From contig CM119268.1 of assembly GCA_051294375.1 (NCBI GenBank), positions 10,974,507-11,038,506 of the forward strand: a stretch of 64,000 nt of DNA, given 5' to 3'. Source of the DNA: Paraspadella gotoi (taxonomy: Eukaryota > Animalia > Chaetognatha). A model generated the notes under the pieces. The model did not search any database. It worked only from the letters and a program-made list of their open reading frames with translations, and was not told where the DNA came from. Below, piece after piece: positions 13,702 to 27,586 of this stretch. The first letter of the stretch is position 1; each line of letters begins with the position of its first letter. Position numbers and translations under genes: made by a program.

Positions 13702-15312
13702 CGCAAACTGTTTTTGTTGACTTTTGTTTCACAAATTTCCATCATAAATTTATCTTTCTTTATATAGAAAAAAAAAGAGATGATTCCAGCTCCTAGAGTG
13801 TAGTTTATTAAAAAAGTAAAACCTCTTTGTGTTGGAAGTGGTTATTTTAAAAAGAAAATCGTCATCCCGGTTTAAATACTGTGACGGTTTGCCAAGGGAA
13901 ACAATTTTCGTACCGTTAGAACTTAGAACTGTAAAACTGGATGCGATCGAAAAGAGAGAGAGAGCCCAGAAGGAGAGAGAGAGAGAGAGCGAAAGTTTTC
14001 GTCAATCAATTCGTGTCTATCATCAAAACCGAGGTTTTGTAAAATGAGCCCTGAGCCAAGGCCGATTTTAGTACGTTTTTAGGTATTATCACCGTTAAAT
14101 TATAACAACAGAATTGGGTTTAAGCTGAAGCTGCTAAAAAGAAACATTAAAAAATAACCTTTTTAAATTCTATTTTTTTAGGCCTTTTTAAAATATTTTT
14201 GATGGTTTTTATCGTTCGGAAGTCCGAGTACGCGGTTTTGTTTCCGAACGATCGGGAAGAAGAAGCCTCCCTAGAATAAACAAATAAATAATAAAATGGT
14301 TAAATCCAATCGCCACGAAGGAGGAAATCAAAACACCTTGCATCTTTGTTATCCCTTATCAACGTCCGTATTCCCCCGAACCTTTACTTGGGCATGGCCC
14401 GCTCCTCTAATTATCCAAGCCCTGTTGGTCCTTGAGAGAGAATTCCTTCCGGCTTTTCAAGAATTTTATGGTCCCCTGCAGCCCAGAGGATTCGCGCTCT
14501 TCGGTCCCAACCCCTAAAATCAATTGACGCTAAGACGTTTATAGTTTATACTGAACTCCTAACACGCGATCTTTGCATCGGACGCCATGTTTCGAACGGC
14601 GTCTTACATAAATCAGAGAGTTGATTAACCTGAGAAAAATAATGGATTAAAAAAAAATATGGGCGATTAATTTAATACGGATAAAATAGCTATATAGCTT
14701 GAAGAAAGTATTAAGATATAAAGATAAATTATCAAAAAAAAAGCACAACCACGGAAATAACTTATAAGCTTTAATTTTTAAAAAATATCTAGACATATTT
14801 TAAACGAGCTTTGAAATATTGTAAAATGAAATTGTTACAACACCATAATAAAATTTAGTTGATGGAAAATCATGTTTTTCTCTCTGCGATTGTCGGACGA
14901 CATGCTGATGCTTGAAGTCGTTCTCGCCAGTACTCATCCTCATTTTTTTTTTTATGGCTCATTGTGAAGATTTTGTTAATTTTGTTCACAGCAAACGATT
15001 TTAATGAAAAAAAGCCGAGCATGTTTTAACAGGCCAACAACCCGATCCTGATAAATTTTACTTGTAAACGTAAAGGGAAGCCGGAGAAGCACCGGGTATT
15101 ATATCGGATATTACCTAATAGGTAGTTATAACTTGAAACGTCTTCACACTCTGCACTTATTTCGCTAATAAACTTTCAAGTCGACCAGCTTAGCTCTCGT
15201 ACCAAAGGGATAAGAAAACGAAGTAGAGAACCTCAAAGTAGAAAGATAAACATGTCCCCATAGCGTCTTAGTGTTTTCGTCCACTTTCCGTCTCCCATTT
15301 GTCGACCCCTCT

Positions 15313-15388
<76 letters not shown>

Positions 15389-15408
15389 CTCCTCTCTCTC
15401 TCTCTCTC

Positions 15409-16835
15409 GATCGGGAGACGACGATCAGAGAGACGATTAGAACGAAATGAGTCATGGAAAAAAAATTACCTGGCATTGTAAAAACTCATATATCGAGGCC
15501 TGAGAAAAAAAGCCTCGCGAGGTGCGGAGGAAGGAAAAAGCTGTCCGAAGCTTGATTCATGATTTTACCAAAGAATGCGGGTTTAATTTATTAATTAGTT
15601 TTTTTTTATTATATTTTGTAGAAATAGTTGACAGGACAAGTTTTAAAACATGTGTCAATGGGTTAATTTTAATATATATTTTTTTTTAGTTTCTGAATGT
15701 ACAAGAAAAAGAAAAATGTCCAGAGCCGAAAAAAGGATCAGATTGCCAACCCTGCCCCCTAAAGAGAAAATAATCGAAAGGTAAGGTCTTTTTTGGTCGT
15801 TCGACCCGCCTAAGTTGACGCGCCGCTGGTGACCCATGTCCCTCAATCAGCGCCAGCGTCAGTCAAGCGCCCACCTCACGTGGCCTTTAACGTCATTGTG
15901 CAAAAACCGACGAGTTCGTCACAGAAAGTCCGCCGACGTCTTGAATAATCGGCTGGAAATCGTCCAAGAAAGCGTTTTTGTCGCAACGAGTCATTTATCG
16001 TCTTTGTTAGCCTCTATAAAACATTCATATATATATATATGTATATATAATATTATATATATATGTATATATAACTATTACCCACATGAGGAATATTTTA
16101 AAGAAGTAACCAAAAAAACTAAAAAGGAAAACAAACTTGAAAATTCGAAAAATTAGCAACATAACGCGATCGACTTACGTTGAACAGTTTCCCTTTGCAA
16201 TTGGATAAACGATTCTTGGTTTTAATAGAATTGCTAAGTGATGTAAGGTTGAAAAGAACACCACCTCTCGATTTATTTAAGTGGATATTTTTGATTTAGT
16301 TTTTAAAATCTAATGATCGCGTCCGAGTCGCCACCCCTTTCACATCCATAATGTGATGTAAATGTCAAAATATGGATGTGATTCGATCGAATCAAGTCTC
16401 GGGTGTGGAGGCAAAAGTTCGCAAAGGTTCGCTAAAGTTCGCTTAAATAGAAATAATTTCTGAAGATGGCGAAAAAAAACGTTCTGCTACCGTAGTAAGC
16501 GCAAGGTAAGGGAACAGCATAAAAACGCAATATGGTAAACGAAATCGATATGAGGATCGGATTTCCCTTCAATCCCTAATCCAACGACATCGACAAAAAC
16601 TCGAAAATAAAAACGGGGAAAAAAAAAAGTCCTTGAAAGATTTTAATTTTTTTTTCTTTTTAAATTTTTCTTTTCTTCAGTTTGACGTGGCCGTCCGGTC
16701 GTTCTAAAGAAGGAGAACCGAAAAATCGCATGACTCAAATTAGAATGGAAATAAGAAAAAAACAAGTTGGACAGAAATCAGGTTCAGAGAGAGAGAGGAG
16801 GAGAGAAGAGAAGAGAGAGAGAGAAGAGAGAGAGA

Positions 16836-16870
<35 letters not shown>

Positions 16871-19113
16871 TGAGATGAGAGGGTCCGACAAAATGGAAAG
16901 ACGGAAGTGGACGAAAACACTAAAAGACCAAGGACAGTTATTTTTCTACTTTTGAGGTTCTCTAACTTCGTTTTCTTATCCCCTTGGTACGAAGAAGCAA
17001 GCTGTTCTGAACTTGAAATTTATTAGCGAAATAAGTGGCCAAGAGTGTGAAGACGTTTCAGATATACTAATAAGTAATAATCCCGATAATAATACCCGGT
17101 GCTCTCCGGCTTCCCTTTACGTTTACAAAGTAAAATTTATCAGGATCGGGTTGTTGGCTGTAAAAAATGCTCGCTTTTCAATTAAAATCGTTTTTTTTGT
17201 TGTGAAAAAATTAAAACAAAATGTCACAATGAAGCCATAAAAAAAAAAAAAATGAAGATGATGTAACTGGTAGAACGACCTTGCAAGCATGCCAGCAGTC
17301 GTCGCGACCAAATCCGAGAGAGAAAAACATATTTTTGCCATCACCTAAATTTTATATGGGTTGTAACAATTTCATTTACAATATTTCAAAGCTCGTTAAA
17401 AATGTTAGAGTATTTTTAAAAAATAAAAGTATCAAGTATTTCGTGGTTGTGCTTTTTTTTTATACATTTATCTTTATATCTAATACTTTCTTCAAGCCTA
17501 TATAGCTATTTTTATCCGTATTAAATAATCGCCATATTTTTTAAATCCATATTTTCTCAGGTTAATCAACTCTCTGAGTTATGAAGACGCCCGTTCGAAA
17601 CAATGCGTCCTGTCAAAGATCGCGTGTTAGAGTCAGTATATACTATAAAAACGTCTAGCGTCAATTGACTTTTAGGGTGACCGAGAGGCGAATCCTCCTG
17701 GCTGGAGGGACTATAAAATCTGAGAAAAAGAGGCCGGAGGAATTCCTCTCAAAAGACTCAAGCAGGGCTTGGATAATTAGAGGAGCGGCCAAGCCCAAGT
17801 AAAGGTGGAATAGCGGACGTTGATAACGACCCCGGCACATACCACAAAGAGCAAGGCATTAGTTTAGATTCACATCCTCGTGGCGAGTGAATTTTCATTT
17901 TTTAATTATTTATTTGTTTATTTAGGAGACCGAGTTCGGAAACCAAAACATCGGACTTCCGAACGATAAAAACCATCAATATTTAAAAAGACCTCAAAAA
18001 TAGAATTTAAAAGAGTTAATTTTATAAATGTTTCGTTTAGCAGCTTCAGCCTTACACCCACATTCTGTTGTATATAATTTAACGGTGGATAACCACTAAA
18101 ACGTACTAAATCGGCCGTTGGCCTCAGGCTCATTATCAACAACTCGGAGTTTGATATAGACACCGAATTGATGACGAAACTTTCGCTCTCTTCTCTCTCT
18201 CTCTGCTGCTCCTCTCTCTTCGAATCGCAATCATTTTTACAGTCTAATTCCGGACGAATCTGATATCCTCCTCACACACATAGGCACACACCGCACCACC
18301 ACACAGGGTACCGCTCGCGTTTAACCAGAGAGAGATGCTTTTCTTTTATAAAAACCACTCCACACAAGAGGTTTATAACTTTTTTTTTTAATAAAACTAC
18401 AACACTACAAGGGGATAGGGGTACACCATATATATCATTTTTTTTCTATCACTAGACGACTAACTATTTTTAAGATGAAATTTGTGAACACAAAAGTCAA
18501 ACAAAAAACAGTTGCGATGGCCAGCTGGTGACGCCGCCCCAGCGGTTTAACGATCGAGGAATGGAGCATCGCCAACAAGCTCAAAAACAAAAACTCCGAA
18601 GTCGGAAAGATATGGCGCAACGGGTCATAGCCGACATCGACGCGTTTGGCCATCAGACCGCAGACCGACGTTAACAAAACGCCAGGCCGACGTCCAAGAA
18701 AAAGCTCCAGCAGAGAATTTGGACAGTCAGGTTCTGGAAGAAGGAGCCGAGACAAAGCTCGAACGACTGAGGCAGGAGAACGATAAAGCTATGGCCTACA
18801 AGGTGAGAGGCATGATGTTATTACAATCGCTGAATATTATATATTGTGTGAAAAACGGTTGTTTAATTTCCTATGTCCTCATCGGATTCCATTTTCGCAC
18901 AGGTGCGCGTGAAAAGTGCCTGGAGGGATCGCTGAGGCCGCTGACCATCGCTCAGTAACAACATCGCCAACCGCGAGAGGCGCGCGGATCGAGCTCAACG
19001 CACGACCCTACCCAAAAGGAGCTGATGAAAGAAGGTAGAAGTTGCACAAGGGGTCATGAAACTTCTCAAACGGCTTCATGCAGAAATGGTGGAGCAAATC
19101 CGGCTCAACGAAA
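15409..19113 (-). repeat. Inverted copy of ~35735-39380, joined to copy A through a (CT)n tract
   Basis: 15409-16790 is the reverse complement of ~38017-39380. 16870-19113 is the reverse complement of the tektin upstream region and exons 1-2. It ends at a 25-N gap (19114-19138). Confidence 0.9.
18517..19113 (+). pseudogene. TEKT1: Partial inverted tektin-1 copy (exon 1 and part of exon 2), indel-corrupted
   Basis: ATGGCCAGCTGGTGACGCC at 18517 is the tektin start with indels; LERLRQENDKAMAYKVR is visible in ORF 18719-18958. Confidence 0.7.
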
Positions 19114-20056
19114 NNNNNNNNNNNNNNNNNNNNNNNNNTTTTTGCCTCGCTAGATTCTAATTTTATTTTCTTGTTTTCATATGCATTTTTTCTTGACAAA
19201 TTTGAATGGAGTGAAATTGAAAAACGGCTTTAGCTAGCGAAAAGAAATTAATCAAATTTTAACATTTTGAAATCGTTATTCAGTTTTTATTGGAGCTCTA
19301 TTCATATTAGCCGATGGTAATTTTNNNNNNNNNNNNNNNNNNNNNTAAGAGAATTAAGAAAGATAGATTTCCGGTAAGTCTACAAAAGTAAGTTACCAAA
19401 AAAAATTAACTATTTTAGCTATTTTTTAGACTCTCCCATGTTTCCTTATCGATATCCTAGTCGCGTTTTGACGTTCGAGAATCTTTGGACCCGTCAAGAT
19501 TCATTATCGGGTTAATTTCTTGTTTATTTTTGTGGCGGGGTGTCCCAGATAATCGATAACGAAGCTCTCGTCCGAGTTTTCGATGTAAGGATTTTTCGTG
19601 ACCTTCAATTTTCTTTTCACTCTTTCTACAATTATCGGGGGAAAATATTTTTTTTTCGAATCGAATGGAACGTTTACACTTTATTCATTAACTATTGTTT
19701 TCAACCATTAACTTTGTTTTGAATTAAGTTTTGATTACACTTTCTCCAAGCGATTTATTTTAGATCGGTTTTTTTTCTCGACACTTTAGTGACTTCTTCA
19801 GGTATTGCGTTTTCCGCCGAGAGCTTTTCAAAATTATTTATTAACACTATTCGCTCTCATTATTTGTTACAGTAATTTTTCGCAAATATTTCCATTTGCA
19901 AAACTGCATCGCCATTCTTCATCCACTCGTAAATGGAGGCGGAGAGAAGAAGGAACCAATAATTTTTTTTCTTCAAAAAGTAGAAAATTTATTTACGTAA
20001 AGCGGTTTTTTTTTTCACCATCTTCTACGTAAGTAGAAAAATAAAGCGCCGTCGCC

Positions 20057-23000
20057 ATGGCTCACATACGCGGCTCACATTTGGTGGTGTCCCCGGACGA
20101 CCTGGAGGACGCCACCATGTCGCTGCACATGTCCTCGGTGCAGCAGACAGCTACCCAGGAGGGCTGCGTGGACAGCCTTGGCCGTTATCAGCCGGCCGGA
20201 GCCAAGAAGCAGTGGAACATCACGGTCCCGATGGGCTTCGCAGCTCTCTGCGCCAGCCTCGCCAATCTAGCCCGCGGATTCGTGCTGGGTAAGGTGGGAT
20301 CGGGTTGGTGGGAAGGGGAAGTGATAGTGAATGGTAATGAGTAATATATAAATGCTGTAGCTGAAAGAGAGAAGTTCTTGCCACTTTAGCGATAAGAACA
20401 AAGAGAAAATAAGTAGAACAAAGAACTTCAGCCCCTCCCCCCCACAAAAAAGGGGAAAAAGTAGGCGTGAGAAAACCGGAACAAAAAAAGAAGAGCGTTG
20501 CCCGCTGAGACTCGTTCGGTTCGCTGGTAAGTAACCGCTCGGCTCTTGGAAGAGATGACCATGCGAGGTTTCTTGAGGCTTTTCTCCTGTTTTCCGACAT
20601 TTGGTCGCCGAAACCTCATAATCGGTTTCCGAAGGATCTGTATTCCCAGTATGGCCTATTGGGGTAATCTGTCTGGCAGTGACTGCATGCGATTTCTTCT
20701 CTCGATGTTGCTATGTGATTGTGCAACTTGCAAATATTTTCGCAATTGCGAGAGCGAAGTTTCATCGGAAAATTTTGAATATATCGCGGAGAAACTGAAC
20801 CCGTATGTAACTACGATAAAACAAACCGCGGATTTATTTTTGAAAAACTACAAAACCCGGATGTAACTTTCTAAAGGAAAAATATCGGATTGGGTTCGGC
20901 GTCCCGACGCCATTTTTTTTTCTTCCCCGCGTTTTTTTAGGCGCCCATCGGAACGTGATTGAAATTCGATTTGTCAAAACTAATTTCGTTGCCCCCTCAA
21001 TTTTTTTTTTTTTTTTTTTTGAGTTTTTAGTTTTTTCTCCCAACTAATCTAAAGCCATCGGGCATTTTTCTCGTTTCCTTTTTTTTTTTTCTCGCTCTTT
21101 TTTCTTGTTTCTCCCTTTTTTAATATCTTTTATTTATTTTCTTTCTCCTTTTTTTATTTTTAAAATACTCCGTTCTCCACGAGGAGCCGAAACATAGTTT
21201 TTGCAGCTTTAACTTAAAAATATTTAAAACATATTTTACAATTTTTTTTTTTTTAGCAAATCTAAACCTATTTTTAAAATTGAAAAAAATAGGATTTTAA
21301 AATTTAATGATTTTATAAAAAAATTTTAATTAATATTATATAATTTTTTTTAAAGTTTAATTATTTTTGTTTATATATAAAAGCAGAAAAAAAAACATTG
21401 TTCCATCGCTCAATTCATCGCTCCACCCTATTATATAATCACGACCCTAAGATTTAATAAACCTCATATTTTTTTTCCTCTTTGGGCTCTCCGATCAACT
21501 TTGTAATCCTTTTTTACAATTTTATGTCCTCGTTCACTCTTGTTTTATTATCTCACATACCTTATTCCCCCCCCCCTTCCCCCCAAAATCCGTTCCTCCT
21601 CAGGCTATTCCTCTCCTTCTATCCGCGAATTAGAAGAATTTGGTCTCCTAAGCAACGCCGACGAAACCTCGTGGTACGGATCCTTGACTCCGATTGGTTC
21701 TCTCTTCGGCGCTCTCATTGGTGGATATTTCTCTCATACCTTAGGAAGAAAACTGAGGTAAGTGATGGTTTATGCAAAAACGCGCTGATGGCGCGCGAGG
21801 CCGTGCGAAGGGCGCGAGATTTCGACTGTGGAATCTCTCTATCTCCATCATTTTCCCTCTCTCTCTCCCCCTCTCTCTCCTTCCTCTCTACCCGCTTTCT
21901 GTCTTGAGTGTTTTTTCTCCGGGGCATTTGGAACGAGAAATCAGATTGAAAGATGTTGCCGCGCTTTTCTTGTCTAGTTTGTGATAGTTTGCCACGAAAT
22001 ACTCCCGTATCTATGATTATGTTCAAACTTTGTCAACTTCCCTCCCTCCTGTTTTTTAAAAGCACCATGCTGACCTGATCCCCCTAGCGTTCGGTTGGTT
22101 AGCCATCGTCATGGCCGACGACATCGGATGGCTCTACTTGGGGCGCGCCTTCACGGCGTCGGCAACGGAATGTCTTCGCTCGTCACTCTCCGTCTACGTC
22201 TCCGAAGTCTCTTTCCTCCAACGCTCGGGGTGAGAGGGACTCGGTTTGGCGGGAAAGAATTTTTTTTTGAAAATCCCGAGAAAAACGAAATGAAAAAAAT
22301 CTGCCGCTGGCCAAAAAAAATGGCGTACTTGGTATTGTCCTTGAAAATTGCGTGGTGTTTTTTTTGTTTTTTTTTCATTTTTATTGGCTTGCATATCTAA
22401 AAAAGTTAATAAAATACAAATATAAAAATATATAAAATTTTGTTCATGTCATGATTGCTGCTACGTCGACATTGCTTGACGCAAGTCGGCCTTAGGCTTT
22501 TAGACCTCAGGCTTTCATTATTAAAAAATATTACATTTAATTTCCTTCAGAATGCTAAAAAGATATTAGTATAATTGAAAGGAGCTTATGTAGGCTTGGA
22601 AATGCGTTTTGCCACAAATTGCAAACTTTCGTGAAAATCTTTCTCTCCTTCCTCTAACTTTTTCCCGCGAATTATTTTTTCCTCAAGCGAAAATTAATTG
22701 TTCGCTCAGGCATTTGTTGGGAACCATCAATCAGATCGCGGCATCCGTCGGCGTCTTTGTCGTCTACCTCCTGCCTTTTGCACCTGGACTACAAATGGCT
22801 GGCGGTCTGCGGAGGAATCAACGCCGCCCTTACCATGTGATGATCGACTTTTATGCCCGAGACGCCAAGGTGATTAACTTTTGATCCAATTAGGTCGCTG
22901 ATTCCAAACCTACCTAAGTCGCAAGTTGTGCCCATTTTCACAGGTGGTGTGGTCTCCAAAGGGCGAACTCCCGAAGCAATCGACAATTCATGTGGCTTCG

Positions 23001-25899
23001 CGGTTGCGACAAGGGAAACGGCGCAGATGGTCATCCTCAAATTGGAGGAAGAGATGATGAAGGCAACACACGAGCTTCTCCATCAAAGAGCTCGTCCACC
23101 CGGAGGTTTTAAAACCATTCGCCATCTCTCAACTCTCCATGTTCTTCCAACAATTCACAGGGCCTATTTCGTTCTTTTGTTTTATACGCAAACGATATTT
23201 GAGGTAATGAAGACGAATCGAAGCAAAATTTACTTTTTAATTTCAGTAAAGTTATAGTAAGAGTTTATAGAGCGTTTTCGTAAATAGTCCTAGATTGAGA
23301 AGAATTCGAAAAAAAAAAAAAAAAACAAAAAAAAAACCGACCGAATTCCAAATGATTTTCTGTTAGTCCCAGATTCGAGCCCAGTTTTCTCGCATTTTCT
23401 CTTTTTGCGCGTCACTTTACCTCTGTGTCTCACAGCCTCAGGATCTAGGCAAGTGTATTTTCTTTTTATCGCCATCGATTTCGGCGACGCTCTATTTTCG
23501 CTTCGGTCGTCTGATGTTTTTTTTTTCTTTCTTGCAATGGATGCAACCAATGGCATCGACGTCAAAGATGGCGGCGCCAAACTTTCTTTTTTTTTCTTTT
23601 TGCACGATTCGCCACGTTGTGACGTAATCACTTAGTTTTTTTTTTTTACCTATGCAACCTCACTCTCTGATTGATTCACAACTCATTCACGTGAGCGGAA
23701 AGGCGAAAAAACGAATGTCATTAGCGCCGGACGTGGTCGAATTTATAAAACGGCTCCTCGTTATGCAAGAGGGAGCGCCAGGGAGCTCGCCTAACGTACG
23801 CGAATGACGGTTTGTGCTATCTCGCCCTTTTTGAATTCGCAGAGTCAATTTTTTTTCCTTAGATGGTCGGGTCGCCAATGGCAAAGCGGCGACGGCCGTG
23901 ATGGGCGCGTCACCGTCATCGCCTACGCCTTCACGCTCTGCTCGTCGAACGCACGGGGCGTCGGATCATGCTAAATATTTCCGCCATCGTGAGTGGATTA
24001 CTGGAAGCGAATGATAAGATGACGAGAGAGAGAGAGGCAATTTGGGGGACCATATTATTTGCCTTAGATTCGACAAGGTGGCCAAATGCCTCATCTTTTC
24101 TATGGCTCGACCATTTAGCGGTTCTATCACGTTCCCTTTTGAGCCTTTTTTCTTCTCCGTAGTTTATTTTTTGGATGGTGGGGAAAAATAAACTGTGAAA
24201 ATGGGAAAGCTTTGTCGTGAAGGTTTTTGCTCGGCGCAACTCGATATAGGACGTTTTCGTAAGTCAATTCGCCAAATATAAAGATAAAGCTTATTGTGAT
24301 TAGAATAAAGATAAATACCGTGAGTCTTATTAAAGCCCCAAAGAATGATATTAATAACATGTAGAACGCTCTTATGAGTTATGTGTTTCAATACCTGTCC
24401 ACTCTAATTTTTACTGTTAGGGGAGTTCGAGCTTTTATTTCTTTTTAGGCGTCTCGTGAGTGCTACGCGTTGGGCGCCTGTTTTTACGTTCACGACAATT
24501 GAACAACTTGGTACCCGAAACTCGACTCACGTGAGTAGATGACGATGAATCATGTAGGTTTAAATTCAATGCAACGATGATTTTATATGTGACACTTGTT
24601 TTAAGGTTTAAAATTCAGAGAAAAAGATTGACTATCGCATAAAAATCGAAAAAGTTTTCTTAATGTCTCTTACTCCCCCAGGTTTTTCCGTTGCCACGAC
24701 AACGCGCCTCTTAAGGAGGAAGTGAACCGAATCATCTCCTACGTGGCGCTCATCGCTGCAGTCGGTTACATGGGGTCATACTCGTTTGGATACGGCCCGC
24801 TGCCATGGGTCTCCATCAGTGAACTCATTCCCCTCAGAGCCAGGGCCACGGTGAGATATGTGGGGGGGGGATAAGAGTATATTTCCAAATTAAACGAATT
24901 AGTATAAATATTTCGAGTTTTAACATTTTAGTTTGTTTTGAAATGTTAAATTGTACTGTTTATTGGAGAACGAAAGCCACGTTAGATAGGGTGCCAATAT
25001 AAATAGGTATTGCTTATTATTAAACAATGAAGCAGCAGTAACTTGTAACAAATGATTGCTCTGAGCGGAAAGTAGGCTAATCCAAGATCGTTCCGGCGTT
25101 GGTCGTCTCCTGAGACCAAGTAATGAGGATGAGTGGAACCATGGTCCATGATCTGGATTTCCTGGCGCTCGCGAACACCAATTGCGAATTTTTGGGAAAT
25201 AGTTAAATAAATCGTCTGCTTTCAGTTGAATCGGCATTTTTAAAAAGTCAATTTGAAGCTACAAATTGAAATTGAAATACTAGTATAATATTATTGAGCT
25301 TGAATTGAAAAAAAATTCTATGCCGTCTCTAGTTTTTGTGAGAAAAAAAAATTACAGAAAAAGGGCGTTGCCTCACTGCACCGTAATCCTCAAGAGGACA
25401 ATCGGCGACTAACCATTCTATGGCGGCCGCTTCGCCGCCCGCCTCGCCGCCTTTCTAGCCATTCGCCTTTCAATTCGCTAATGAGTTTCGCGAATTCCAA
25501 TAAAAAAAATGTTGCCTGCGTTTAATCACCTGGAATTTTTTTTACCTGGGCTTCGCCATCATTTTGTTTATTGACATCGTTATCGTTTTCTTCGCTCGTA
25601 ACGATTTTCTATTTTTATTTTATTTTTTAACAGTGGGAGGAATCGCCGTGTGCCTTACTTGTTGTTTGTCATTCAGCGTGACAAAGCCTTCGCACCTCTC
25701 AGCGCCGCCATCGGCACGGCGGGCTGCTTCTGGCTTTTTGCCGGCTTTTTCCTCCCTTTCGCTCATTTACGTGACGTTTTTGCTTCCGAGAACCAAGGGC
25801 CGAACGCTGGAAGAGATCGAGTACTACTCAAGGAGGGACATTTCCCCGATAAATACTCCAGCCTTCGGCCGACCCAAGATCACTACCAGACCCGTGTGA
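20057..25899 (+). pseudogene. SLC2A8: SLC2A8/GLUT8-like transporter, copy B; exon 1 (20057-20288) is intact, later exons frameshifted
   Basis: Exon 1 encodes MAHIRGSHLVVSPDDLEDATMSL...FAALCASLANLARGFVLG and joins in phase 1 to YSSPSI (GLUT8-type TM1, GFxLGYSSP). Downstream exons match copy C with indels. Confidence 0.75.
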
Positions 25900-26289
25900 A
25901 CGGAGCTTTGTTTGTTTACATATAGTATTTTTAATTCGCCGCTACAATTGTTGTGCGATCGGGTTTAGTTTTTTGACAGTTTAATTTTTTTTTTTTTTTT
26001 TTTTACAATTTTGCGTTTTGTGATGCGCTTTGGTGGTTTTGAATGATAAAGATTATTTCGTAAAAAAGCAATTGTTTTAAATTATTTTATCAACGCCAAC
26101 AATTGCAAAAATATCAAGATTAGAAGCCTTTTGTTTCTTATAGTTATCAAGAGATCCAAGAGATGGCGAATGCAATACGAAAGAAAAAACAAAGATTTAA
26201 AAACAATTTTGAACGAAAGAGAATCAGAAAATTGGATTCTGAAAATCATTTTCGGGGACTAAAGTAAAGAGCAAGGTTACTAATTTCAT

Positions 26290-26623
26290 TCCATCTTTAG
26301 GCCCGATAGGACCTTTAGGGGCCACTTGGGCGGCGCCCTCTGGCCAAACCCTAGGACTTTGCAGCGTCTCCTGGGCCACGAACGCTCCGGTAGGCGAGAC
26401 GCAAGACCAATAACCGCCAGTTTGGGCGGTCACCGCCTACAGCGTCGCTTAACAAAGTGGCGTAAGGCGCGAGTTTCGATAAGGACGTGGGTGCGTTCCC
26501 CGGCGACGGTCGCGTAAGCACGTCGCCAACGCTGCCAGAGGCTCCGATTGATGTGGGAGGTCTCGCGGAGTGGCGGCGCATTTGTCTCTTTAGTGACGCC
26601 CCGCATGCCGACGCATTCGATCC
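26290..26623 (-). pseudogene. KIF25: 3' fragment of KIF25, copy B, truncated by a 25-N gap
   Basis: CVSPTGAFVAQETLQS and KGPIGPK fragments; matches 32419-~32723. Confidence 0.65.
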
Positions 26624-27586
26624 NNNNNNNNNNNNNNNNNNNNNNNNNCTATTGGGGTAATCTGTGCTGCAGTGACTGCACTGCGATTTCTTCTCTCGAT
26701 GTGCTATGTGATTGTGCAACTTGCAAATATTTTCGAAATTGCGAGAGCGAGTTTCATCGGAAAATTTTGAATATATCGCGGAGAAACTGAACCCCGTATG
26801 TAACTACGATAAAACAAACCCGGATTTATTTTTGAAGAAACTACAAAACCCGGATGTAACTTTCTAAAGGAAAAATATCGGATTGGGTTCGGCGTCCCGA
26901 CGCCATTTTTTTTTCTTCCCGCGTTTTTTTAGCGCCCATCGGAACGTGATTGAAATTCGATTTGTCAAAACTAATTTTCGTTGCCCCCTCAATTTTTTTT
27001 TTTTTTTGAGTTTTTAGTTTTTTCCCAACTAATCTAAAGCCATCGGGCATTCTTTCTCGTTTCCTTTCTTTTTTTTTCTCGCTCTTTTTTCTTGTTTCTC
27101 CCTTTTTTAATATCTTTTATTTATTTTCTTCTCCTTTTTTATTTTTTAAATACTCCGTTCTCCACGAGGAGCCAAATACATAGTTTTTGCAGCTTTAACT
27201 TAAAAATATTATAAAACATATTTTACAATTTTTTTTATTTAGCAAAATCAAACCTATTTTTAAAATTGAAAAAATAGGATTTTAAAATTTATGATTTTAT
27301 AAAAAAAATTTAATTAATTTTATTATATATTTTTTTTAAAGTTTAATTATTTTTGTTATATATACAAAGGCAGAAAAAAACGTTGTTCCATCGCTCAATT
27401 CATCGCTCCACCCTATTATATAATCACGACCCTGAGATTTAATAAACCTCATATTTTTTTTCCTCTTTGGGCTCTCCGTCAACTTTGTAATCCCTTTTTA
27501 CAATTTTAGTCCTCGTTCACTCTTGTTTTTATTATCTCACATCCTTATTCCCCCCCCCCTTCCCCCCCAAATCCGTTCCTCCTCAG

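Larger units (their letters stand above)
2305..15408 (+). repeat. Redundant copy A of the transporter-KIF25-tektin block
   Basis: 2305-~9960 matches 19139-26623 and ~3858-15408 matches 26649-~38017, differing mainly by small indels. Confidence 0.9.
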
